A stretch of 64,000 nt of DNA from Balanoglossus misakiensis (GCA_040954595.2 CM082583.2:10429656-10493655), one strand, 5' to 3'; positions 1-12,562 are shown, counted from the stretch's first letter. Translations and numbers: made by a program. The notes: generated from the letters alone by a model not told the origin.

Positions 1-840
1 TCAGTTTGACTTGAAACAGAGGGAAGTCAAGGCTGACCTTTGACCTACAGTGTTATTCCCAACATCAATTTACTCACATTCTTAGAATATTTTAACTGCT
101 TAAAAAGAAAGATCTTCTTTGCCCTATCCTAGATGGACTTGAGAGACTGCTACATATGTTCATCATGTGAGAGGAATGGTTATGTGTAAATAAACTTTAT
201 TTTGCAAGTATCAGTCACAAAATACCCTGGACTGAATTATATCACACAGCACTTCATGAATTCCAACAGAGATTAAACACCCACATAGTATTTGACATCC
301 AAACAAAAACTACCAACATTCCATCTCAGTCATCTTAGAATAAATCTCACCAAACATTCAACATTTTCTTCGTGGTACTCCGTCCCACAAATCTATTGAG
401 AAGTAGTCTCCATGGCAACAGCATTCTGCAACCCTTGATTTTGCAGTCTAGAATTGATTCTGCAGTCTGGAGTTAATGTCAAGAGTTCTTGTAGAGTTCT
501 CATTATGTAATTCAGACACTATTGATCTCACTGTCTCCCCACTGCTGAACTGATTATAAAAGCAGAAGTGACACACCCTACAAATCACAGAAACTAACCT
601 TAGTTTTCAGTTAGTTTTATATGGGTATAGTTCCTCATTGAAAGTTCACACAAATGTCAACAGAGTAGTACTCTTTTCCATGGTTCCTGTCTGTGATTTC
701 AGTGAAAAATTCTGCTGTTTGTCCATTTTTGGGTGACGTTTTGATCATCAATTAATAGATGAGAATAGCCTCCCATATAAATGCAGGGTCTTGCGGAATT
801 CAGAAAATGGTCTACTGCATCCATCTATATTGTATCTTAC

Positions 841-2809
841 CTGCCCTGCTGTGTCGAGGATATCTAACAAGCCGGTTTCTCCATCAATTCGAACCTGCTG
901 TTGATAAGCATCCTCTGTGAAGGAAATGGGATTTTTTACCAAAGGCAAGGGAAAATATAATTTGCAGCATTCTTTTTATGTTTTTTTTTCACTTTGAAAA
1001 AGAAAGTCATAAAATTCATCCCAAATGATAATTCATCACATGCACATATACAATTCTTTCAATAGTAACACACAGAGATATTTCACTACCTTGATCAAGC
1101 AATGACTATGTACAAAACTATGCAGACATGTTAGGAACGATAAACACCTGGGCATTATTATGCTGAAAAGAGCATGCTTGAATAGAGCATGGGAAGTTAA
1201 TAAGGACCCTGGATTTCTGTTAAAGCACTGGCAAGGATTTTCATTGCAGAATACAATAATATTATAATCCATAAATGTTGATCGGTCTTGAACGTTGACC
1301 TGTCTTGATAATTAACCCATGCATATGTGTACACCCATAGATAAGCCAAGGAGACAAGTTAAAGGTATGTCAAACTCACCTATTGTCGGGTCATGGTAAT
1401 CTATGAAACTGTGTGTTACAAACTGCATGGTCAAGGCTGCAGAAAGAGAGAAAGAAAGAGGGGAAAAATGAAATATTTGTTTATGGGTAGAGATTGAATT
1501 AGCTTGATTACTATTTACTTTGGGTGGGGTTTAGTTGTTGGGTGGGACCCAATGAAGTCTGTTTCTCAATTTGCTCAGCCAAATAAATAAAGAATTTTTG
1601 GCAACGCCTGTGAGTAAACTGCAGGAAAATTTACATGTCAAAGAAAGTCATTAATAGGATTGTTGACGTTTTAAAATGTTTTGATTAAATCCTCGAAAAA
1701 AAAATCACAACATTATTCTGACAATTGTGAAATAATTTTAATGTTGATGCAAACAGACAGTCGATTGTGCAACGACACAGACTTCAATTTTCCAACCCTG
1801 GTCAACACATATTGGCAGACGGCCAAAATGCAGTTGTATGGCTGCGTGTGCATTAAATTGATAAAGCTGTGATTTGTATATCCTACAATTCACTCTGTGC
1901 CAGAACTGTATTATGCTTATGAAAAGAAACGGTAACAATCATTATCATATGTAAACATGCCGCAATTCTTAATGAAATTATGTTTCAGAGAATTCTAAAG
2001 ACGACAGTACAGTCGTCACCAGGCCAAGTCCTTGGCTCTGACTATAACAATGGAAGTACAGGGCTGAATGCATGTGACAGGCAATTACTAATAGATATAG
2101 TATGTTGTTTACTAGCCACGGGTAAGGGAAGTTGTGGGAAGCAATGGCTGTAATGCAATCAAGTTCAGACTGCTGCATATCCGTATGAGGGACAGTGGGC
2201 CATTTACTTCCTAGTTGTGCCTACATGTATCTTTCATTACAGAGTCACCAAAAGAACAATAAATTCTTGAAAGAAACAACGGGCGTTGGCATGATATTGC
2301 ACACAAACCCGGAGATGCGACGCTTGGGTTCAACTTTGGTCTCTCTGCAAACCCTACATTAACTTTTCTCCATAGTACTTTAGGAATGGAAAATTTGGAA
2401 CTTATACTGCCTATATATATCCCGAACTATCAAGTACATGTATATACATCAACTTGATTGACAAGCAATGAAACCGAAAGGATTCGCCATCACCCCTCCC
2501 CCCCCCCCGAATTCTTCATCTCAAACGATATTCCTGAGTACGTCCAGCTTTTCAAATCATTCAACATACCCGAGACACGTCGACAGAGGCAGCTGCAAAG
2601 ATTTAGACAAAGGCATACGACAGCAGCATTTGCAAAAATAACATGTTCGATTCAGATGCCAGCACACTCCTGATCCAGCTGCATTGTACATTTCAAATTG
2701 CAGGAGTTCTAGTTGTTGTGTACTTACCGCTTTTTCCAACACCTCCTTGGCCGAGCAAAACGATCTTATATACTCTCATACCTCCCCTGATGGTCGGGCG
2801 GTTCTCCAT
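841..2809 (-). CDS. RIT1: RIT/Ric-family Ras-like small GTPase, 5' part (exons 2809-2728, 1436-1380, 914-841; gene continues beyond the left edge)
   Basis: Spliced translation [71 protein letters not shown]. It has the G1 P-loop, the RIT/Ric-type effector loop YHDPTIEDAY and G3 DTAGQ. All junctions are GT-AG and in frame. RIT1 versus RIT2 cannot be resolved; probably a pro-orthologue of both. Confidence 0.88.
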
Positions 2810-2985
2810 GAATCGGTGCACAGCGATGTTTACCTGAGATAAAGCTTTAAGGGCGTAGTTTTATAAAATTTTAGCGTTGTCGCTATTTTTGCCGCATTGT
2901 ATTACTAAGAGCCTTTGTGTAGTCAATTATTATCTCCGCCCATTCGGTAAAGGTCGCCTTTAGAGGGCGCATGTGGAGCCTATTT

Positions 2986-3240
2986 TTGACGTATGACGTA
3001 GGAAATAAATACAGTCGTGGCGTCATTGTGACGTCAATCGATACACTGAACACGTCAGAGGTCTGGAAACAGCTCGATAAGTCTTCATATTAAATGAACA
3101 GGGGAATAAATAACAACATAGACAGAGCTTAAATATATGTCACTGTTCGTATAAGTATTTTATAAACGACGGCGTGAACCTACGCGAGTACTTTACCGTC
3201 ATTTATACATCAACTGACGAAGAAACTAAGACGTCACGTG
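2986..3240. promoter_or_regulatory. CRE/ATF site cluster in the RIT promoter region
   Basis: Full palindromic TGACGTCA at 3029-3036, several TGACG half sites (around 2987-3000 and 3020-3025) and GACGTCACGTG near 3230, all within ~430 bp upstream of the RIT ATG. Motif match only. Confidence 0.4.
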
Positions 3241-4260
3241 TAAGATCGTCATGTCAGCACATGAACCCACAGTCGACTGTGCATGAACCTTGATTGTTCT
3301 GAATGATATATAAGGTTGGAAATGGGGGGGGGGGGGACTGTAACTCTACTCGAATTAATAGATACCGATAATTTATTTTGTGTTGTTTTGGGGATGTCAG
3401 AAAATATTATTATTGGAATATTGCTATCAGCTATCATAACCAACACCACCATGCTGTTGGTGTAAAAAGTAAAAGGAAAAAAAAATACTTAATAAAAAGA
3501 GACACAAGTTACAATCTAAACTGCGAGATCTGATAATGGAAATACTGTAAACAGTTAAAAGTCAGGTACAAAAGTAAAAATCTCCGCAGAAATACAGAAT
3601 CTCAATGGATAGCAAATTAAATTGCACACATTTGAGAACGTCGCAACACACGTACTTGCACTATTGCATACATGGCGCTGTGCTGTAGCAGAAGTACGCC
3701 TCGTGCGTTGAAGTTGTTCATGTTCTGTTTTGGTTTCGAGTAACGAGTTCTGATTTGCGTGTACTTCGAATTCAGAAGTAAATTGTTTACTTAAGAGTCT
3801 GAACCATAAATATAAATAAAAGTAATCATTTTGCATTAAGAGACATGAGCTGCTCAGTTGGGCAACTAACCTGGTTGACCATAATAATTTTCTCCTGATA
3901 AAGTTGTTGATGATTAAACATTTTACGTAATTTCAAGGCGTGAACTGATGATAATAAAAGACATAACCTCATCAGATTTCTTAAGTTTTGGTAATGACAG
4001 TGAATGTGTGCGTTTCATGAATTATTTAAAGTATAAATTTAAACTTGAATTTGCACGAACACTGCATATAATCTCTCAAAGATTACTGTTACATAGTATA
4101 TGTTAGATGTGTAAACTGGGTACCAACTGTCATCAGTTGGTGTCAACTAAAGAATGATGTGTGATAACAAACATCTGTGGAGGAGATAAACTTTCTTTGC
4201 GATAAATGCTGTTGTAACACTTCAATATTGTCATTATGCTAGATTTTGCAACCTAGCAAT

Positions 4261-6797
4261 ATGGAACACAGAAGGCAGACATGTTTGCTGGTAGTTTTTA
4301 CTTTGGCTCTTGCACAAGGTGTGAATTGTTTGTCACCAATACACCCAGCAAGACATGTTGAGAAAATTCCAAACAGCTACATAGTCGTATTGAAGGTAAT
4401 GTCTTGCTCCAATCCTGCTACAATTTAGAAACATGAACATGGGTTGTGGTAATTCTTGGTTTGGTGAATGATTTAACTATTGTGGCTAAATTCGAGCAGT
4501 GACATTTTTTTCCAGGATGCTTACAATGAAGTTGACCTTGATGACATCATCAGGCAAGTTGAAACACACAGCAAGTTGTTCAAACTTGACATCAAAATAG
4601 TTGCCAAGTACACGAATGTGTTCCGTGGATTTTCATTGGAGGCAACTGACCAATCAGTCTTGATGGTAAGAAATCCAAGAACACACTCCAGTGATTTAAA
4701 TTTTAAGTTAGTTTATTGCTATCCAAGGACATATACATGTATATCTCAGGATAAATGCTCATTGATGAAATTTTCAAAGATAAATGGTCGAAGCACTGCC
4801 ACGCCACTGACAACTGCAGTCTAAACTACCCTGGTGGCCATCATTTTCCTTTATTAAAAGTCTCAAAATATCTGGATCTTACAAACTTTACAAATTCATG
4901 TTTTTTCTCTCCGTCCAAGATGCGTTCTTTGGAAGAGGTTGCCTACATACAAGAAGACAGTATAGTTACAGCTCAACAAACCAGCACTCCATGGAATCTT
5001 GACAGAATTGATCAACGAGATTTGCCTCTTGATGACGTTTATAATCCAGCTGGTAAAAAAACTTATGTCTCTTGTTTCCTTTCATATTTTGATTAGTGAA
5101 CAGCCAGTTTCATGACCCAACCTTGGCCCAGTGTTTTCATTGAAATGAATTAAAACCAAGGCCTTCCGTAATTGTACTTGAATTAACATAAACGTAGTAT
5201 GACGACTGTGTGCATCTTTCGCATTACAGGTGATGGTTCAGGTGTGAATGCATACATAGTTGATACTGGTATCCGGTACTCGCATATGGAGTTTACTGGA
5301 CGAGCCTCACCTTTTTACGACTATGAATCCGGTGGTGACGTGAGATTTCAAAATGCACATCTTTCTGCATTGAGAATGTTTATTCTTTGAATGGTGAAGA
5401 GGTGATGGGATATTGCAATTCAACGAATATCTGTTGTGTTTTGTTTAGTTGTACATTGTTAACTTCAACCAGAAGATGCTGGTTTCGTTTTTATAGGGTT
5501 CTGATTGCCATGGCCATGGTACCCATGGTGCTGGTGTGGTCGGTGGTGTACAATATGGTGTTGCTCAGAATGTACAGTTGTCCAGTGTTCGTGTTCTCAG
5601 CTGTGTTGGCAGTGGTTCAACATCCATGATAGTTGGAGGTTAGTTGATATTTAAACCACAGATCCCCTATACTGACATGGTAATTAAAAAAACACTGACA
5701 TGTACATAATTTTCAATGTGTTTTCTTCAATATAAGGTCTTGATTACATCGCTGCCAATGGTATCAAACCAGGTGTTGCATCACTGGCCATCGGTGGTGG
5801 GCCAAGCACTGCACTGGACGATGCCACTCGGGGAGTTATTGCAGCCGGTTTCCAGACAAGCATCTCAGCTGGGGGATCAGCTGCTGATGCTTGTAATTCC
5901 TCACCTGCACGGATCGAAGAGGTCAGTATTAACACAATGGCAGTTATAGAAGTCTATGAAACCAACCCCCTCTGACGATGGGAAAATGTACCTGAAACCT
6001 TTTCTGATGCTCTTTCTCTCTGCCAGTGTCAGCACTGGAGAAAATAGACCTTCAACATCATAATGAAGAATTATGATTTATACATCTGACACTGCAAACG
6101 ACAGAAATCAGCGTGTACTTAAAGCATTCATTGACATTTTGAGTGCCTTAGTGATAACGTGTCTGAAATTCTATGCCATTTTTTTCTCATATAATTGATT
6201 GGAAACAGGGAATAACCGTTGGTGGGACAACCTCACAAGACAGCATTGTTCCGTCATCGAACACTGGTCCGTGTGTTGCCGTTTTTGCTCCAGGTTCTGA
6301 CATCACAAGTGCATGGCACACAGGAGATTCAGATTATCGTACTTTATCTGGAACATCATCATCAGCTGCTCATTCAGCAGGTAGAGTTAAAGCTTTTCCC
6401 ACTACGTATTTCTCTGGCAAATTTATTCATGAAAAAAAATCGTTTCACAGATTTTGAAGTAAATAAACTTAAGCACAATGTATCAGATACTGCCATCTCA
6501 TTGGTTACGTACGTCATTCATATGCCTGGTGTGCACCTGTCAACAGAATGCTTACATGAAGAAACTGACCAATCAGAGTGCTGCTTCTAGTCAGTTGCAG
6601 ATGAAAACTTGAGTGACAGCCCAATTGAAACTTTGACACTAATCCTTTGTTTCTTCACAGGGGTGTGTGCCATCATACTGCAGGTCAATCCGAACTTGTC
6701 ATCCCAACAGGTGAAAGACCAACTCCTGGCTGATGCAACCGCTGGACGACTCAGCAACGTTCCACCAGATACTGCAAATTTGCTGATTTATACCTAG
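4261..6797 (+). CDS. Secreted subtilisin-like S8 serine protease, proteinase K/aqualysin/PCSK9-related, with I9 propeptide (exons 4261-4395, 4516-4665, 4920-5052, 5230-5339, 5497-5638, 5737-5921, 6209-6380, 6661-6797)
   Basis: Signal peptide, I9 prodomain ([10 protein letters not shown]...VAYIQED), mature start [11 protein letters not shown]. Catalytic Asp (IVDTG), His (HGHGTH) and Ser (LSGTS) are present, plus FAPG and the C-terminal NLLIY. All introns are GT-AG with consistent phase. Confidence 0.92.
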
Positions 6798-7038
6798 ATT
6801 GTGCCGTGGTGTACAGAAAGGACAATTGGAATGATGACACAGACAATTGCAGCTGAGGACAATGTATATTTAATTAACTAATTAGTTACTGCATTCCTCC
6901 TAATGATAAAAAACATCAAATAAAGATAACTTCTGCAATGTCAAGTATTTCAAATCAGAGTGCAATATTGATGAATGCCTGTGTCTGGCTGGATGTCACT
7001 TACTCCTAAATGATGAATTTCTGATATTCTGGAAGGAC

Positions 7039-8730
7039 TTATCTACTACATATTTTAACAGTAACACAGCCATGTCTATACACAGCAACTGGCATATAAC
7101 CTACAGGAGACCACATGTCCTCAGTGGGGTTGTATAACTCTATAGTTTCCACGACTCCGTGGCTCTCCCTGTATCCTCCAAAAACATAAATCATTCCGTT
7201 GCAAACTGTCACACCCGGATCGGTCCGGCCAATAGTCAAGGAAGCTTTTGATTGCCAGGTGTCTGTCATTGGATCATAGCAGAACATGCTACCACTGCCA
7301 TCACAGATGACATAGATGAACCCCCTCAGAGTCACGGCACAGCATGCAGGCTGTCTGGCTGGCAGGGGACAGGGTGACAGAATGTTCCATTCGTCTTGCA
7401 GGGGATTATAGCATTGGGTGGGTGGTGGCTCTATCTCGGAGTAACCACCAATGACGTAAATTTTACCCAGGCAGGCTGTGGCGGCTGGATTTCTCACTGC
7501 ATATCGCATTGGAGTCACCTCCTTCCAAACGCAGGTGGTAGAGCGAGGGTCGTACCGCTCCACGCTGTTGATTGTGCTCCAATCGACATCCTTCCCTCCA
7601 AGAACGTAAACATACCCATCCAGTGCTACAGATCGGTGTGACCATCTCTCTTTCAGCAGAGGCGTGGCTAAACGATGCCATTTGCTTTCAGATGTCTCGT
7701 ACAGTAACGCACAACCTTTCCTAGAGGACACAAAAATGTCATTGCCCACGCCAACAGCGGTGGCCACTCTATCCCTGGAGATGGGGATGTCTTCCAGATC
7801 CTTCCATTTCTTGCTGCTTGGATTGTAACACTGCACCTGGGTTTCCTGCCCCATGCCAGCATCACCGCCCAAAATAACAATCACCTCCGAGTACACACGT
7901 GACTGGTACACTGGTGATGTCAAAGCCCTCCTTTCTGTAATGTCCATTGCTTTGTAAGCATGTGCTTCTTGCAGACACTGGCTGACAGTTTCAGAACCAA
8001 GAACAAATTCTTCCTCATCCACATGTTGTTTGAGGTATTCATCCCCTATAAATGCAAATCTGATGTGTTGGAGTAACTCTGGAAGAAACTGACTCCGTGA
8101 TGCAGTGTCTTGTTTCGTCCATGCAATGCACAACTCAAAGATATCTTCTTCCCTTTGTACCTGAACTTTAGGGGATGAAACAAAATATAACAGCTGGTCT
8201 TTAGAGAGGGATAATACTTCCTCTTCTTTGCTGACCTCTGAAAAATGCTCAAAAGCAAAACTTTCAGCTTTTCTGCTCAGAGACAAGCAGTTGTGGAGAT
8301 CAGCAAATTGTTGTATACCTAGACAGTTTGATGAATCAATTTGCCTCTCCATGTATTCTGCACAGGCCTTTTTAACCGGGAGTATCTGCAGCAGGTTTGC
8401 AGTCTCAAGTAAAGCCTGCACATTGGTGTCTGTGATGGGGATCTTGGCTGTGTAAATGAAGTTAATTATCTGCTCCAGGATGTCAGCATCAACGTGGCTC
8501 ATACACACTGTTGGTTTCGTTCTCTCCTGCAGGTCATGATAAAACATTGCCTTGAAGTAACTGCTGCATGATGCTAGCACAACTCGATGGCAGGCAAATT
8601 CCTTGCCATTGACACAGATTGTAACATCTGATAACTGTTTCTCGGACTTCAAGCTGTCCAAACCCTGTAGCAGTGTTTCAGGATGAGAACTTGCATGGAA
8701 GCTATACCCTCCATGTGTAGATGATGCCAT
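7039..8730 (-). CDS. BTB-BACK-Kelch (KLHL24-like) protein, single coding exon
   Basis: Uninterrupted ORF (open from 8772) with BTB (HRVVLASCSSYF), BACK and Kelch repeats (YVLGG..VERYDP..W). The likely start is the ATG at 8730, after a candidate 66-nt 5'UTR intron at 8742-8807. Confidence 0.92.
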   Translation of the reverse strand: MASSTHGGYSFHASSHPETLLQGLDSLKSEKQLSDVTICVNGKEFACHRVVLASCSSYFKAMFYHDLQERTKPTVCMSHVDADILEQIINFIYTAKIPITDTNVQALLETANLLQILPVKKACAEYMERQIDSSNCLGIQQFADLHNCLSLSRKAESFAFEHFSEVSKEEEVLSLSKDQLLYFVSSPKVQVQREEDIFELCIAWTKQDTASRSQFLPELLQHIRFAFIGDEYLKQHVDEEEFVLGSETVSQCLQEAHAYKAMDITERRALTSPVYQSRVYSEVIVILGGDAGMGQETQVQCYNPSSKKWKDLEDIPISRDRVATAVGVGNDIFVSSRKGCALLYETSESKWHRLATPLLKERWSHRSVALDGYVYVLGGKDVDWSTINSVERYDPRSTTCVWKEVTPMRYAVRNPAATACLGKIYVIGGYSEIEPPPTQCYNPLQDEWNILSPCPLPARQPACCAVTLRGFIYVICDGSGSMFCYDPMTDTWQSKASLTIGRTDPGVTVCNGMIYVFGGYRESHGVVETIELYNPTEDMWSPVGYMPVAVYRHGCVTVKICSR

Positions 8731-8877
8731 ATTTGATGACCCTATATTGAACATGTATGTAAAGTTATACATCAGCTGGGGCTAACTCAGCTTGACGGTG
8801 ACCTTACGGTGACCCTGCCTGCTGCCCTCCACGGCGATTAAATATATCGCAGTGCATGTTGGGATTGACCCCGTTAC

Positions 8878-8889
8878 GCCGCCATCTTG
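8878..8889. promoter_or_regulatory. YY1-type motif in the KLHL/COX5A bidirectional promoter
   Basis: GCCGCCATCTTG (reverse complement CAAGATGGCGGC) lies between two divergent start codons ~205 bp apart. Confidence 0.5.
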
Positions 8890-8934
8890 GTTCGTGTGAT
8901 TCGTCGGCACGTATACAACTTTAGACATTTCAAA

Positions 8935-10156
8935 ATGTTTAGAATCGCGCTTAGACGTTTAAATTCATCAGTTAGGCCGGTAACTACTCAAATAGCTTAC
9001 AGGCAATCACTTGGTATGTATTTTTACGGTTGAATAATGTTGTTTCTTACGTTAATTCTTTGAACAGTCTTTGCCGGTTGCAGTTGCCGGGTACATGTAC
9101 TGGTTGGGGGCGCAGCCGTGTGCTGCACATGCTCCTTCTACTGTTTTAGTTTCACATACATAGTCGGCTGTACCATGTATTAATACAAATATAAGAGGGA
9201 GAGCATCATCTATCAGTGAAGAAGTTAAAGCATAGACGTTCGAATCAAATGCCCTTTTTATAGGTTATCTTTGTTTGAAAAATGGCAACGCCAGTACTTT
9301 ACTCGTTTGCACCCCCTCGGGTATGTCCTCAAGTCAAGGTCAACTCTCATTTTCTTGCATGTACATGTAGTACCATGGCCACGCCATGGCTAGTCCCATA
9401 GAGGTACCGCTATGCTAGTCCGAACATTGAATTACATTATTGAAATTGACTTGAGCGTTATCTGTGTGGATTGCATACGAAATGAACAATGTGTAAGAAC
9501 TGCACAAAAAGGCACATGAACAAATCCAGTTTATCCTTACCATTGTCTTATCTCCTTAGCTGTGTCAAGTGTACGTCAGTATTCTGCCAAAGTTGAAGAA
9601 ACTGATGAACAGTTTGATGCCAGATGGGAGGCGTACTTTAACAAACCAGACATTGATGACTGGGAACTCCGCAGAGGCCTCAATGAACTTCACGGTCATG
9701 ATCTTGTCCCAGAACCTAAAATCCTTGCAGCAGCTTTGAAAGCCTGTCGACGTCTCAATGATAGTGCCATGGCAATACGTGTACTTGAAGCTGTAAAGGT
9801 AAGAAAGATAGGAGGGGGTCTAAGGGCTCGACATGCTAACTGATTCTATTTCAAACAGTTTGCAAGGACAATGTACTATGATGTACATGTCAATTTGTGT
9901 CATAGGCCAATATGGCCACCTGTTTTTGGTTTCTGTTCGGTAATGTTCAGAATTTTTTCAACTGTTTCATCTGGTTTCATTCAAACCCAGAAATGGGTCA
10001 AGAAATTAAACGTTTTTAATTTTCTTTTGACAGTTCAAGGCAGGTAGTAACAAGAACGCAATATATCCGTATGTTGTGCAAGAGATCAAACCGATACTGG
10101 AGGAACTGGGAATAAGCACGCCAGAAGATTTAGGCCTTGACAAGCCAGCCCAATAA
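8935..10156 (+). CDS. COX5A: Cytochrome c oxidase subunit 5A (exons 8935-9013, 9560-9798, 10034-10156)
   Basis: Arg-rich mitochondrial presequence [12 protein letters not shown]..., then [48 protein letters not shown], and C-terminal [28 protein letters not shown]. Confidence 0.96.
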
Positions 10157-11079
10157 CAAATAACTGTAAGTGTTGTGGTCATCTTCAATTCAAATGTTAT
10201 TCATGGCTTTGATAAATGTATGCATTGTGCCTTATGGAACACTCACAATTTGAAGGCCACTGGAGTTTATTACTTTTATAAGAGTAAGGATATCTGCACC
10301 ACTGCATAGCCATCGATGAGTGCATTTAATGAGTAGTCATTTGACATCACTAACATCCAACTTGTTCTGACTTTTCAGGCATACAGAGCTTCATAAATGA
10401 TGTAGCTGATGAAGATGATGGTGATACCTTTGTGTGAATTCAGGAAACCACCGACACAGAAACAGCTGCATTCTATCCAGTGTTCTATTTGAATTTCGTA
10501 TGTTTTCTTGTGTGCCGACTATCACATGATTCATAGTGTTAGTGTGCAATTTCATTTTGGAAAATGGGTGCTGTAGCCCCAACCTAACCAGAGCGCATAC
10601 TACATCTAAGTTATAATCTCTTGTGATGTTTTTACTTAGCGTGTGTAGCATCTCTATACTTTTGTTTGTGATGATCTGTTGAAAACAATGTACATTGAGG
10701 AAAAAAATAAAAATTTGTGAAAAATATTTAATACCATAATTCTCTTTGTGGTATACTTTATTGTACGAGTAAGATGGAATACAAGGTTACCCCAAGTTCA
10801 TTCATTTCATTCAAAATAATCCACCCTCTAAAGCTACTCCTAATATATATACCTCATTTGGTTAAATATGAGAGTTGGTATAACAATCCTTCAATCAAAC
10901 CTTGACTCACAGCATTTGCTTTATTGCACATTACAGTTACAATTGACACAAAATACAAATTTGTGATAGAAAATCGAAAGCACAGATTATTTACAAGTGT
11001 GGAGTTAGTTGATTCATTCCAATTTGCTTCACATGGCAAATGTCTAAGAATTCCTTGTAGTCCACTATGCCAACTGTCT

Positions 11080-12562
11080 TTAATAGTCTTCTTCAATCAG
11101 ACAACGTTCTACAAGATCACGCAAACTGGGATTTTCCATGGCAGCTGCAATTCTCTCCTTGTCGTTGATCTGTTTATTAACTGTCAAGAAGAAATGTATG
11201 ATTAAGGCTCTAAATGTGTTCAGTATCTGTCTTTACAATACATTTGTATGTGTAAAATAGAATGTTTCCATCAATAACAAAGGTTTGACTGCAATAGTGG
11301 ATACCTACTCTCACTTTCAGTATCATGACCCCCTTTCTTGATGAATATGTCCAGCTGAAATCGAAATATAATGCATCACAGTTAGCATGTATCTTCAGTG
11401 GCGTCGGCAATACCATTCTAGTGCACTTCTTCATGCTTTGAAACTGCTATGTTGTTTGGTGAATTTTACAGTGAAACTCATGAGACTACTTTGAAATGTA
11501 CTCAGATTGTACCTTGAATTTCTGGGGTAATGTCCTTTCTAACTTCACTCTCAAACACAAGCCTGTAAAAGAGTAAAAACTAAACCATGACACAAAACAA
11601 TGAAAATGATCAAAACAATATCATTGTTTCAAGATGCAATTTTTTATCACTGCCGGACTTCTTGTTTCCATGGCATGTTGCTAAAGTTACTGTGTCTACC
11701 ATCTCTACGTGTGGAGAACATATAATAATAAGCAAGGTCGTTGGGAGGTCACATACCTATTAGCGTCGCCAATGAGCAGTGCGGTACTGTCGGCATAAAT
11801 TCTATCCTGATTAAATATTCGCCATTTCCTCCGTGGTACACTGAAACACCATCTTCGTAGACGACGTCTAGTTCTTCCAAGCTCTGCGGTTTTTCTGGGT
11901 CCCTGATAGATCGAATTATATCTGCAAAGTAAAGAACATTCTCTTTTCTCAGTCGAGACAACCAAGGCGACGATAATGGCAGCTCAACAACAGAGGGTAA
12001 GCTTATCAATGATTACGCCATCGTTATCTTTGTTCCTCTTTATTTTCATTACAGTGTTATCAAATCATATTTATTAAAAATCTCTAAGAAGTTCCATGGC
12101 TTTTGTCGATGCATCCTAATAATCGACGGGGTTGAAAGAATGTGCAAAAGAATGGAGTTCTGTATAGTGATCTTGTCAGACATACTGACAGACCAAGACG
12201 TCACGTAATCACTCTCGTATGTTGAATACTGCATTCAAGGCTGCAGTTTTATCTCACGCCTGTGTTAAATGTTTTTCGAGGCTAAATACAGTTATATGCA
12301 AATTGATCCGATTAGACGTGGCGTGAGAAACATTTGATACAAAATGAGCAGTTCAAACCCCGCTTTCTTTAAGCCAATGCTCAGATTGTACAATGTAATG
12401 TCGGTGCATGGTCTCGAGACGTTTAGAAACAGTGAAAGTCGACCTCTGATTGACCGGCGTTGATCATGCATGATTTCAGTACGTACCGTAGATTTCCCCC
12501 GCTAATTCTGTCGCCTGATCGTCAGTTGCAGGATTTATTGTCGTTATACCATCTTCTGTCAT
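11080..12562 (-). CDS. CIAO2A: Cytosolic iron-sulfur assembly component 2A (FAM96A/MIP18 family) (exons 12562-12487, 11921-11757, 11562-11513, 11354-11309, 11180-11080)
   Basis: Spliced: MTEDG...[22 protein letters not shown]...[79 protein letters not shown] and HCSLATLIG are the 2A-type (not 2B-type) signatures. Confidence 0.93.

Noticed and set aside
12186-12234. Alternative CIAO2A first exon ([10 protein letters not shown]...)
   Set aside because: 12562-12487 gives the conserved EIY/D junction and is a better fit.
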